A DNA stretch of 64,000 nt from an uncultured Planctomycetia bacterium (GCA_963719885.1 CAVRDP010000030.1:66250-130249); one strand, 5' to 3'; shown: positions 49,442-57,731, counted from the stretch's first letter. The notes: a model not told the origin generated them from the sequence alone. Program-made: numbers and translations.

Positions 49442-50224
49442 TTACCTGCCTCCCATTGGCCCAATGGCCAAGACGATTGCCGGGACGGCTTCCATGATTT
49501 CGCAGACGGCACCGAAGGTGTCGCCCGTCGCGCCGCCGATCTTCCGATAGGTGTATGCTGAGAAGACCGCCGTCGCGGCCATGCAAACCGCCCAGACCAC
49601 CAGCCCGCGCCACCCGAGGAGGCCAAAACCCACGGCCGCCAGAACTCCCGCGGCCCAGATGGCCACCCAGCGCGGCCGGGCACCAGGTCGGGCACCATGT
49701 ACCCATGGTCGTGGTCGGCGGTAGAAGATAGCACCCAGTCCGCTCGGCCGCGCGTAGGGCAAGAGGGCCATGTGGACGACGATCGCGCACCGCCCGGCAA
49801 GCGGCATGAGCAGCACCGCCCGCCAAAACATGCCGGCAGGCAGCGAGGCCAGCGCGGCGAATTTCACCAGGAGCAGGCAGGCGATGGCGATCACCCCCAT
49901 GGCCCCGATGTGGCTGTCCTTCATGATTTCCAAGATTCGCTCGCGCGGGCGGGAACTGAGGAAGCCGTCGGCCGTGTCGGCCAATCCATCCAGGTGCAGG
50001 CAGCCGGAGAAGCTCAAGAGAACGACGACCACCACGGCGGCCGCCAGCAGGGGCGGCGCCGCCAGGGACACGGCCCACGCCAGTCCGGCTGCCGCCGCGC
50101 CCAGCAAGAGGCCAATCAGCGGAAACCAAGGCACGCTCCGGGCAAGATCCTCCTCGGCCGTGCCCCAGCCGCCCGGGACCGGCACGATCGTGAGAAACCG
50201 TAGGGCTGCCAGCAGTGGTTTCAT
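49442..50224 (-). CDS. cobS: Adenosylcobinamide-GDP ribazoletransferase (cobalamin synthase)
   Basis: ATG at 50224 (ATGA overlap with the cobT stop). LRFLTIVPVP...FPLIGLLLG...HLDGLADTADG...IGAMGV...GGATGDTFGA. Confidence 0.85.
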   Translation of the reverse strand: MKPLLAALRFLTIVPVPGGWGTAEEDLARSVPWFPLIGLLLGAAAAGLAWAVSLAAPPLLAAAVVVVVLLSFSGCLHLDGLADTADGFLSSRPRERILEIMKDSHIGAMGVIAIACLLLVKFAALASLPAGMFWRAVLLMPLAGRCAIVVHMALLPYARPSGLGAIFYRRPRPWVHGARPGARPRWVAIWAAGVLAAVGFGLLGWRGLVVWAVCMAATAVFSAYTYRKIGGATGDTFGAVCEIMEAVPAIVLAIGPMGGR

Positions 50225-51285
50225 GCTTCCGCCTGTGAAACGTGTGCTTCCTCGAACGTGGCCACTTCGGTCAGGATCCGTTGTGCCGCGTCGACCAGGT
50301 TCATCGCCAGCGCCGCCCCCGTGCCTTCTCCCAGTCGCAGCCCCAGATCCAGCAGCGGTTCCTTCCCCAAGCGGGCGTGCATGGCCCGATGCCCCGGCTC
50401 CGCGCTGCGGTGCGCGGCGATGACGTACTGACTCGCCGCGGGGCAAAGGGTATGAGCCAAGAGTGCCCCAGCCGTTGAAATAAAGCCGTCCACAACGACC
50501 GGCTTCCGCCGGGCGGCGGCCGCGAGCACGACGCCGGCAATGCCGCCGATCTCATAGCCGCCGACTTTGGCCAACACGTCCAAAGCGTCCTGCGGATCGG
50601 GCCGATTCGAGGCCAATGCCGTTTCTACGATGGTGATCTTTCTGGCCAGTTGGCCGTCGTCGATGCCGGTGCCGCGGCCCACCAGGTCGCCCACCGGCAG
50701 TCCGGTCAGTGCGGCAAGGACGGCGGTGGAAGGCGTCGTATTGGCGATGCCCATGTCGCCCGTGCCGAAGACGTCGGTGGTTTCGGCCAGGTCTTCGACG
50801 ACCTCGATGCCTGCCTCCACCGAACGTACCGCGTGTTCCCGGGACATCGCCGGCCCGGCCACGATATTGGCCGTTCCCAGGGCGATTTTCTTGTCGATGA
50901 TCTTGCCGGCCTTCGCCAGCGAGCCAAGATCGGCGGCCACCCCCATATCAACCACCATGACCCGCGCCCTGGCCAATCGCGCCAAGGCACTAATGCCCGC
51001 CATGCCGCCGACGAAGCCATAGACCATCTGTGCCGTGACTTCCTGGGGGTACTTGCTCACGCCTTCGGCCGCCACGCCATGATCGCCGGCCAGGGTAACG
51101 ATGGTCTTCCGTGCCGTCGGTGGATTCATCGAACGAGTGATGCCGGCCAGGTCCATGGCCAGATCCATCAACCGCCCCAGGGCCCAGTGCGGCATGATGA
51201 GTTGGTCCAGTCGCTGCCGCGCCTTGCCGCGCCAGGCCTCGTCTTGGGGGGAAATTCGAGTCAGGGTAGTGTGAAGCAGGCTCAT
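50221..51285 (-). CDS. cobT: Nicotinate-nucleotide--dimethylbenzimidazole phosphoribosyltransferase
   Basis: 354-aa intact ORF. LAGDHGVAAEGVS.YPQEVTAQMV...GDMGIANTTPS...GYEIGGIAG...LGEGTGAALA. Confidence 0.9.
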   Translation of the reverse strand: MSLLHTTLTRISPQDEAWRGKARQRLDQLIMPHWALGRLMDLAMDLAGITRSMNPPTARKTIVTLAGDHGVAAEGVSKYPQEVTAQMVYGFVGGMAGISALARLARARVMVVDMGVAADLGSLAKAGKIIDKKIALGTANIVAGPAMSREHAVRSVEAGIEVVEDLAETTDVFGTGDMGIANTTPSTAVLAALTGLPVGDLVGRGTGIDDGQLARKITIVETALASNRPDPQDALDVLAKVGGYEIGGIAGVVLAAAARRKPVVVDGFISTAGALLAHTLCPAASQYVIAAHRSAEPGHRAMHARLGKEPLLDLGLRLGEGTGAALAMNLVDAAQRILTEVATFEEAHVSQAEA

Positions 51286-51292
51286 GACGATG

Positions 51293-51329
51293 CTCCCCTC
51301 GCCTTTCGGGAGAGGGCCGGGGGTGAGGG
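51293..51329. repeat. CTCCCCTC...GGGAGAGGG...GGGGTGAGGG hairpin element (cobU-cobT gap)
   Basis: CTCCCCTCGCCTTTCGGGAGAGGGCCGGGGGTGAGGG. Confidence 0.7.
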
Positions 51330-51342
51330 CAATGTAGTTCTG

Positions 51343-51885
51343 TCAGGTATCTTTCACTTGAACGGGGATTCCGCAACAAAGCAGCGTTACCGTGTCGGCA
51401 CGGGCGGCAACGACCTGATTGGCGCGGCCGATCAGGTCGCGATAGCGCCGGGCCTGGGCATTTTCCGGGACCACGCCCAGACCAACCTCGTTGGTGACGA
51501 AGATTACCGTGCCGCGACAGGCCTCGGCGGCATCCAATACCTCGCGGCACCGCGCGGCAACGTCGGTTTCCGTGAAGGGGCGGCCTTCGTGCTCGGCGTG
51601 GTACATCAGGTTATTGATCCAAAGCGTGACGCAATCCACCAACAGAACGTGGTGCTGCCCGTGGCGGTGAAGGATATCGGCCAGCTCGCACTGTTCCTCG
51701 ATGGTCTCCCAACCGCGGTCGTAGCGGGCGCGGCGGTGCTGCTCGATGCGGTCTCGCATCTCTTCGTCCGTGACGGGGCAGGTGGCCACGAACAGCCGCG
51801 TGGGCGGCAACGACTCGGCCAGTTGCTGGGCATAGTTGCTCTTGCCGCTACGACAACCGCCGGTAATGAGTATGATTCTAGGCAC
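51343..51885 (-). CDS. cobU: Adenosylcobinamide kinase / adenosylcobinamide-phosphate guanylyltransferase
   Basis: ILITGGCRSGKS (P-loop)...EEMRDRIEQHR..R...W.TIE...LVDCVTLW...VTNEVGLG.VP. Intact. Confidence 0.9.
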   Translation of the reverse strand: MPRIILITGGCRSGKSNYAQQLAESLPPTRLFVATCPVTDEEMRDRIEQHRRARYDRGWETIEEQCELADILHRHGQHHVLLVDCVTLWINNLMYHAEHEGRPFTETDVAARCREVLDAAEACRGTVIFVTNEVGLGVVPENAQARRYRDLIGRANQVVAARADTVTLLCCGIPVQVKDT

Positions 51886-52489
51886 GGCCGTCCTCCGCCT
51901 CGTCGGGCCTCTCCAGTGCAGCTAGCACACCCTTGCCGTCCTGCAGATCGATCACCGCCAGCGCGGAGTACCGCACGTCGAACGCCAAGTAGTGTCGGGG
52001 CTCGAGTCCGAGCAAGTGACAAATCATCGTGCGGACGACTCCTCCATGTGTGACCGCCAACACGGTCTGGGCCTCGGCATGGGTCAGGCGATCGGCCGCG
52101 CTGCGAACGCGACCCAAAAAATCGCCCACGCTTTCCCCGCCGGGGAAGGCGAAATCGGGACTGAATTCTGCCCATCGATCCACCAGCGTTGGGTCCTCGC
52201 CGGCTGCTTCGGCGAACGTTCGCGTTTCCCACTCGCCGAAGTCGACCTCGCGGAGGTCCGCATCAACCTGCGCCAGCAAGTCCGGAACTACAGCCGCTGC
52301 CGTTTGCCGGCAGCGTTGCAGCGGGCTGCAATAGCAGGCCTGCGGCGCCCATCGCGTCAGCCGCTCTGTCAGGCTCCGTGTCGGCACTTCGCCCGCTGGA
52401 TCCAGCGGTACGTCGGTAGCGCCGATCATTCGCCCGACGTATCGAGCCTCGATCCGAGCGTGCCGCAATAGTAACAGGCGTCTGGCCAT
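51878..52489 (-). CDS. cobC: Alpha-ribazole phosphatase (histidine phosphatase family)
   Basis: LLLLRHA start (RHG-type motif), SPLQRCRQTA, FGEWE, VTHGGV. Operon position between cobA and cobU. Confidence 0.8.
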   Translation of the reverse strand: MARRLLLLRHARIEARYVGRMIGATDVPLDPAGEVPTRSLTERLTRWAPQACYCSPLQRCRQTAAAVVPDLLAQVDADLREVDFGEWETRTFAEAAGEDPTLVDRWAEFSPDFAFPGGESVGDFLGRVRSAADRLTHAEAQTVLAVTHGGVVRTMICHLLGLEPRHYLAFDVRYSALAVIDLQDGKGVLAALERPDEAEDGRA

Positions 52490-52494
52490 TGGTC

Positions 52495-53238
52495 TTATCC
52501 CAGCCCCACGACTTCACCCACGACGATGACTGCCGGCGGGCAGAGCTTCCGCTGCTCGATCACGTCGGCCACGGTTCCCAACGTGCAGCGGACGGTCTCC
52601 TGGTCCGGCCAACTCGCGCGGCGGACGATGGCCACCGGCGTGTCGGGCGGTCGGCCGCCGCGCAAGAGGGCCTCGCTCCACCGCCGCGAGGTCGTCATAC
52701 CCATATAAAAAACCAGCGTGCCGGGGAACTGCGCCAAACAGCCATAGTCCATTTCCGGGCCGGCCCCATCGCCGCGCCGGTGCCCGGTAATAAGCGCAAC
52801 TGCCGAGGCCAGGTCGCGGTGGGTAAGGGGGATGCCCGCATGACTTGCTACGGCGAAAGCGGCCGTGACCCCAGGAACCACTTCATAGGAAATGCCCGCT
52901 GCGGCAAGCGCGTCAACCTCCTCGGCCCCGCGCCCGAACAGATACGGATCGCCGCTCTTAAGGCGAACCACGGTCTTGCCTTCCCGGGCCGCCGCCACCA
53001 TCCGCTGGTTGATCTCTTGCTGGAGCGCCGCCCGGCCTCCATGCGGATGTCCGAGGCAGACACATTCGGCGGACGCCGGCGCATAGCGCGTCACCTGGGG
53101 ACTTACCAGGTAGTCATAGAGCACGAGATCCGCCTCGGCAAGACATTCAGTGCCACGAACGGTGATCAAGCGCGGATCACCCGGGCCGGCTCCGACCAGA
53201 TAGACTTTTCCAAGACGGTGTTCGGACGCCTGTGTCAT
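52495..53238 (-). CDS. cobA: Uroporphyrinogen-III C-methyltransferase (SUMT)
   Basis: ATG at 53238. KVYLVGAGPGDPRLITVRG...VVRLKSGDPYLFGRG.EE...YEVVPGVTAA. First gene of the operon. Confidence 0.9.
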   Translation of the reverse strand: MTQASEHRLGKVYLVGAGPGDPRLITVRGTECLAEADLVLYDYLVSPQVTRYAPASAECVCLGHPHGGRAALQQEINQRMVAAAREGKTVVRLKSGDPYLFGRGAEEVDALAAAGISYEVVPGVTAAFAVASHAGIPLTHRDLASAVALITGHRRGDGAGPEMDYGCLAQFPGTLVFYMGMTTSRRWSEALLRGGRPPDTPVAIVRRASWPDQETVRCTLGTVADVIEQRKLCPPAVIVVGEVVGLG

Positions 53239-53255
53239 GATTGGCCATCGCTTGC

Positions 53256-53285
53256 AAAAAAAGCCCGTCCTTCGGCAGGAGGGCC
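53256..53285 (-). terminator. Riboswitch expression-platform terminator upstream of cobA
   Basis: Minus strand reads GCCCTCC-tgccgaa-GGACGGGC followed by TTTTTTT. It ends 17 nt before the cobA ATG. Confidence 0.6.
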
Positions 53286-53414
53286 TCAAACGCGCAACGA
53301 TGGCATTGGACCTTCCCACGAAGGCATGCTATAAGGACGGCCGCTACCACGACTCCCTTCTCCTGCCGGGAGAGGGGCAGGGGGTGAGGGGTTCAGTTGC
53401 GGTCATCGATCAAG

Positions 53415-53660
53415 CATCCTTTTTTGGTGTCCTGACTTTCGGGTCGTCCTACTCGCTACGGCCTTCCCATCCCCACGAGGACAGTGGCCAACATTGCAGC
53501 TTTCGTCGCCGATCACAGTGGCGGGGCCGTGCCGGATTTTCACCAGCTTCCCTGCTTTCCGCTTGCAGTTGGTGAGGCAGATTGAACCGTCATCAGTCGG
53601 AGAGCGCCAGCGCGCTGACCCCTCGATCACGGGGCAACAGCCGCCGAAACTCAAGCGGAA
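53415..53660 (-). promoter_or_regulatory. Cobalamin riboswitch (controls the cob operon)
   Basis: Minus strand reads GCAGGGAAGCTGGTGAAAATCCGGCACGGCCCCGCCACTGTGA ... CCACTG...GGGAAGGCCG ... AGTCAGGACACC (B12-box-like). These match the conserved core as I know it (Rfam RF00174). Confidence 0.8.
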
Positions 53661-53673
53661 AGTCTAAACAGAT

Positions 53674-53701
53674 AGGATAATCGATCCGCGGGCCATGTCA
53701 A
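53674..53701 (-). promoter_or_regulatory. Sigma70-like promoter for the cob operon leader
   Basis: Minus strand reads TTGACA-N16-TATCCT. Confidence 0.5.
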
Positions 53702-53739
53702 GCGGGTGCGGCGGGCCGGCCGATTCGGCTCTTGCCCTC

Positions 53740-53767
53740 TTGACGCCGATTCGCGGCATGGTACACT
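53740..53767 (+). promoter_or_regulatory. Sigma70-like promoter for the peptide/rSAM operon leader
   Basis: TTGACG-N16-TACACT. 38 bp from the divergent promoter. Confidence 0.5.
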
Positions 53768-53769
53768 GG

Positions 53770-54000
53770 AGGCGGTTTCAGCATCTCGGAACACGGTGCA
53801 AGTCCGTGGCTGTCCCGCAACTGTAATCGGCGAGGCGACTCACTTAGAACCTATCCCAGAACCCTGAGATGGCCCTGGAGTGCATCGGGCTCAATCCGGT
53901 TCCAGGATAGGTTCTCAGGCCCCCGCCGGCCACTGCCGCGATGCATCGCGGTGGGAAGGCCGTGAGCCGCCAACGACCCGCAGCCAGTAGACCTGCTGAT
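53770..54000 (+). promoter_or_regulatory. Cobalamin riboswitch (controls the peptide/radical-SAM/S51 operon)
   Basis: GGAACACGGTGCAAGTCCGTGGCTGTCCCGCAACTGTAA (53788-53826), CCACTGCCGCGATGCATCGCGGTGGGAAGGC (53930-53960), and B12 box GCCAGTAGACCTGC (53983-53996). A long stem insert (AGAACCTATCC...GGATAGGTTCT) lies in the variable region. Confidence 0.8.
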
Positions 54001-54041
54001 GCCACGCACGCAACGTGAATCTGATGGTAAAGGATTCCGAT

Positions 54042-54077
54042 GGACGCTCCACGTCTGTCGGGGTCCTTTTTTGTTTT
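54042..54077 (+). terminator. Riboswitch expression-platform terminator
   Basis: GGACGCTCCACGTCTGTCGGGGTCC hairpin followed by TTTTTTGTTTT. A T-run like this is conspicuous in a 65% GC genome. Confidence 0.55.
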
Positions 54078-54156
54078 CCGCACCCTTCACCCCTGCCCCT
54101 CTCCCTTCCTGTCGTACGACAGGCGGGCAAGGGGAAAACTTAAGAAAGAGAGAAAC

Positions 54157-54300
54157 ATGAAGAAGACACCGAAACTGCCCTCATCCCCTGCCCCTCTCCC
54201 CAAGAGAGAGGGGAGCGACGTGATCGCCTATCGCAAGACGTGCAAGGCCACGGGCACCGGCCTGTCGCACTACATCTTGATGGACAAGAAAGCGAAGTGA
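54157..54300 (+). CDS. Short peptide ORF (47 aa from ATG 54157, or 26 aa from GTG 54220): candidate precursor peptide
   Basis: MKKTPKLPSSPAPLPKREGSDVIAYRKTCKATGTGLSHYILMDKKAK. Its TGA shares a base with the ATG of the radical SAM gene (TGATG at 54298-54302). The alternative GTG at 54220 has GAGGGGAG 5 nt upstream. Confidence 0.55.
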   Translation: MKKTPKLPSSPAPLPKREGSDVIAYRKTCKATGTGLSHYILMDKKAK

Positions 54301-55736
54301 TGGCGCGTGCCAAGCACCTGCGCGGTGCCCCCCAGCAGAGTGCCGGCGTACCGGCCCCTTCCCGGGGCCGGTACGTCGGTACGGGCAATGGTCCGGCCTT
54401 CCAGCCGATCGACATCGGCCACCCCGAGTACGTGGCCGTCATCGAAGCGGAGACGGCTTTTTGGGCATTGGTCCGCCGCGAGAAGTTGGCCTCGGCGGCC
54501 CTCGAGGGCGAATTGGTCAAGTCCTTCCGCAAGAAGGCTTCGCTGTTCGCCAAAGAAATAGAAACGCTCCGTTTCGGCCTGAAACCGTCGGCCGTGTATT
54601 TCAATCCGACGGAGCGCTGCAACTTGAATTGTGCCTACTGCTATATCCCGGAAGACATGCGCCGCGCGGGACAGCACATGTCGGGCGAGAAACTCTTGGA
54701 ATCGTTGGCGATTCTCAAACGCTACTTCCGCACGACGGTTCCCAAGGGCACGCTGCCGCAGATCGTCTTCCACGGCGCCGAGCCGCTGCTGAATCGCGAG
54801 GCTGTATTTGCCGGGATCGAGCGGTTTGCCGACGACTTCCGCTTCGGCATCCAAACCAATGCCACGCTCCTCGATGAATCGGCCATCGAATTCCTCCGCG
54901 GCCACCAGGTCAGCATCGGCATTTCGCTCGATGCGCCTACGGCTGCCATTGCCGACCGCACACGAAGCAACTGGGAAGGCCAAGGGGTTTTCCCACAGGT
55001 CGTCCAGGCGATGGACCGGCTCAAGGGCTACCCGGGCTGGAGCGTGATTTGCACGGTCTCCACGGAAAACCTGCGGCACCTGACGAAGCTCGTCGATTTC
55101 TTCCACAAGCACGAGGTGCCCACCTGCCTGATGAACATTCTCCGCTGCACGCTGCCCCGCTCGCGGAGCGTGAAACCGGCCGATGCGCCGGCGGCAAAGT
55201 ACTTCTTGAAGGCCCTCGATCGCACGCACGCGTTATACAAGAAGACCGGGCGGAAGCTGATCGTGGGCAATTTCGCCAACATCTTGCTGGCCATTATCGC
55301 TCCGGCGTCGCGGCGGCTGATGTGCGACATCTCGCCCTGCGGCGGTGGCCGCTGCTTCTTCGCCTTGGCCCCCAACGGCGACCTCTTCCCCTGCAGCGAG
55401 TTCATCGGCTTGCAGTCGTTCTGCGGCGGCAACCTGTTTCGTGACGATATTCCGAATGTGCTCCAGAGCGGGCCTTTCCAATTGGTCACCGGCCGGAAGA
55501 TCGAGGACATCGATCCTTGCCGGCGTTGTGCCATCCGGCACTTCTGCGGCGCGCCTTGTCCGGCCGAGGCCCACGAAATGAACGGCCGTATGGAAAAGAC
55601 CGGCGCCTTTTGCGAATTCTACGAGGAACAGGTCCGCTATGCCTTCCGCCTCATTGCCGACGAGAAGGTCAACGACTACCTCTGGGACGATTGGGACCAA
55701 GGCCTGCGGCAGACGTTCGCAAGTGGCACATCCTAG
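54300..55736 (+). CDS. Radical SAM enzyme with C-terminal SPASM-type Cys-rich domain (putative peptide maturase)
   Basis: 478-aa intact ORF. CNLNCAYCY (54618-54641). GAEPLL. C-terminal CDISPCGGGRCFFALAPNGDLFPCSEF and CRRCAIRHFCGAPCPAEA. ~95-aa N-terminal extension before the radical SAM core. Confidence 0.85.
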   Translation: MARAKHLRGAPQQSAGVPAPSRGRYVGTGNGPAFQPIDIGHPEYVAVIEAETAFWALVRREKLASAALEGELVKSFRKKASLFAKEIETLRFGLKPSAVYFNPTERCNLNCAYCYIPEDMRRAGQHMSGEKLLESLAILKRYFRTTVPKGTLPQIVFHGAEPLLNREAVFAGIERFADDFRFGIQTNATLLDESAIEFLRGHQVSIGISLDAPTAAIADRTRSNWEGQGVFPQVVQAMDRLKGYPGWSVICTVSTENLRHLTKLVDFFHKHEVPTCLMNILRCTLPRSRSVKPADAPAAKYFLKALDRTHALYKKTGRKLIVGNFANILLAIIAPASRRLMCDISPCGGGRCFFALAPNGDLFPCSEFIGLQSFCGGNLFRDDIPNVLQSGPFQLVTGRKIEDIDPCRRCAIRHFCGAPCPAEAHEMNGRMEKTGAFCEFYEEQVRYAFRLIADEKVNDYLWDDWDQGLRQTFASGTS

Positions 55737-55758
55737 ATGCGTTGGCAGGGAGTCTTTC

Positions 55759-57622
55759 ATGAATTCCGCCTTCTTTCGCATGCTGTTCTGGGTAACGTTG
55801 TTGAGCGCGAGCACAGGGCGATTTTGTGAATTGAGGGCCTGCGCCGAGGACAACCCGTTCGGCTTTCCAGAACCGACACGTCCGCAAGGGTTGGGGTCGG
55901 TCATGCTGCATGGCGGCGGCGGGGGAGTTCAAGAATATGTACGGCAAGAGTTTCTCCGCTTGGCAGGCGGCAGGACTGCACGCGTAGTTCTGCTTCCGTC
56001 GGATGAAGAGCAGCGCCGGCCGGGCGAAAAGCTCGCGGCCTATGAGGAGCGGCTCAGCCGCCCCGGCGTTTACGGGAGGTGGCGGGAACTGTGTCGCGGC
56101 AACGATGCCCATTTTCAGTTTCTCCACTGGGATTGCCCCGAAGATCCCGACCATTCACGGTTCTTTTCCACTTTGGAAGAAGCTAGCGGAATTTGGATTC
56201 CGGCTGAGGATCAAGAATGGGTCATCAGGCGTTTTGCCGGCGATCCGCTCAAACCGACTCGCTTCCAGTTGGCACTGCGTAACCTTATGGCGCGCGGTGG
56301 AGTCGTAGGGGCATCAGGTGGGGGAATGGCGAGCCTTTCTGAAACCGTGATCGCCGGAAATGTCGCCGACGCGGAAGGCGGTTGGACTCGGGCCCGACTC
56401 GCGTTCGGCCTAGGTCTCTTTCAAGGAACTTTGCTCGATCAGAACTTCAACATCTGGTCCGGACGAGTCGAACGCTTGACTGACGCGTTGAGGAACGGTC
56501 CCCAACTCGATCGAGTCGCGCGGAAAGCGGGCGTGCAGCGGCGGACGATCGGATTGGGTGTCGATCGTCAAACGGTGGCCATTGTCAGCGGCAGGACGAT
56601 TCGAGCGATTGGGGAGGGCAACGTTCACGTATTCGTGCAGAGCAACGGCGGCAGAACCCTGGCGTGGTACCGCCTTGCGGCTGGAGACAAGCCACTCGTG
56701 CTTACAACCGCATCCGTTCGGGAGCGCGGCATTCCCCAGTCGGTGAAGGCCGACAGCGCCGAAAACCCCTTCGGTGCGCCTCCCGGCAGGGGAACCGTTG
56801 TCTTGCACGGTGGGGGAAGTACCGCAGAGATGTACGACTTGTTTCCGCGACTTGCCGGGAAGACGCATCCCAAGCTCCTACACTGTCCGTCGGCAAGCGA
56901 CAGGTACCAGCGGATGTCGAACGCAGAATTGATGGTGAGCGATCTTGCCGAAGTGTGGAAGACCGACGCCGTCCAGAGCCTACGTTTCATCAACGCCGAT
57001 AAACCGGGTCGGGCTGAGCAGGGCGAATTCTGCGGCTTGCTTGATGCTGCCGATGCCTTGTGGATCATGGGAGGCGATCAAAGAAACCTGACGACGCTGT
57101 ATGTCAATCCGGTAAAACCGACTCTCTTCCAGAAGAAGGTTCGGAATATCGTGGAGCGCGGCGGCGTCGTTGGCGGCTCATCCGCCGGATGCGCGGCCCT
57201 GTCGGATGTGATGATTGTTGGGACCGTTGCCAGCAATGGCCGTGGTCCCGCGCGAGCGGAAGCTTGCGCGGGGCCTGGGAGTCCTCTCGAACGTCGTGGC
57301 CGAGCAGCATTTCGATGCGCGGCAAGGACGGATCGAGCGATTTGCAGGGCTGTTGCGGAACAAGCAGCAACTTGCCAATGTATCGCCCGGCTGCGATCCG
57401 GGGCAGATGGTTGGTCTAGCGGTGGAGGAGAGCACCGCTCTTATCGTCCGCGGAAATCGCTTAAGCGTTGCCGGGAAGAACAGGGCCCATATCTTTCTAA
57501 AATCGGCGGCCCATGATGCTCTGACGTGGCACACCCTCGCAGCCGGCGATATCGCCGTTGTCGGCACCACCCCGGACGGTTCGCACCAGCTTTATTTCGA
57601 GGAATGGGGCGTCGCCGACTAA
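55759..57622 (+). CDS. Exported protein with two tandem cyanophycinase-like (peptidase S51) domains; one frameshift as assembled (~57235)
   Basis: Signal peptide MNSAFFRMLFWVTLLSAS. Half 1: VMLHGGGG...GGVVGASGGGMASLSE...LLDQNFNIWSGRVERL. Half 2: VVLHGGGS...GGVVGGSSAGCAALSD...VVAEQHFDARQGRIERF. Built from ORFs 55639..57516 and 57215..57622. Confidence 0.7.
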
Positions 57623-57731
57623 CGTTCTTTCCTTTCATGTGTCACGTATGTCATTTTCTCCCCCAATGACAAGATCGTGGGGCTCTCTACTGCGCCCATC
57701 AACAGGCGTTAACCTTCCCAGGATTCGCCCA

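Noticed and set aside
46931-49561. + strand ORFs 46931..48175 (414 aa) and 48308..49561 (417 aa).
   Set aside because: They are antisense to the intact, clearly recognisable cobD/cobQ ORF.
54040-54156. The full 86-aa ORF 54040..54300 as the gene upstream of the radical SAM enzyme.
   Set aside because: Its 5' part overlaps the riboswitch terminator hairpin, the T-run and a repeat element. A start at 54157 or 54220 is more plausible.
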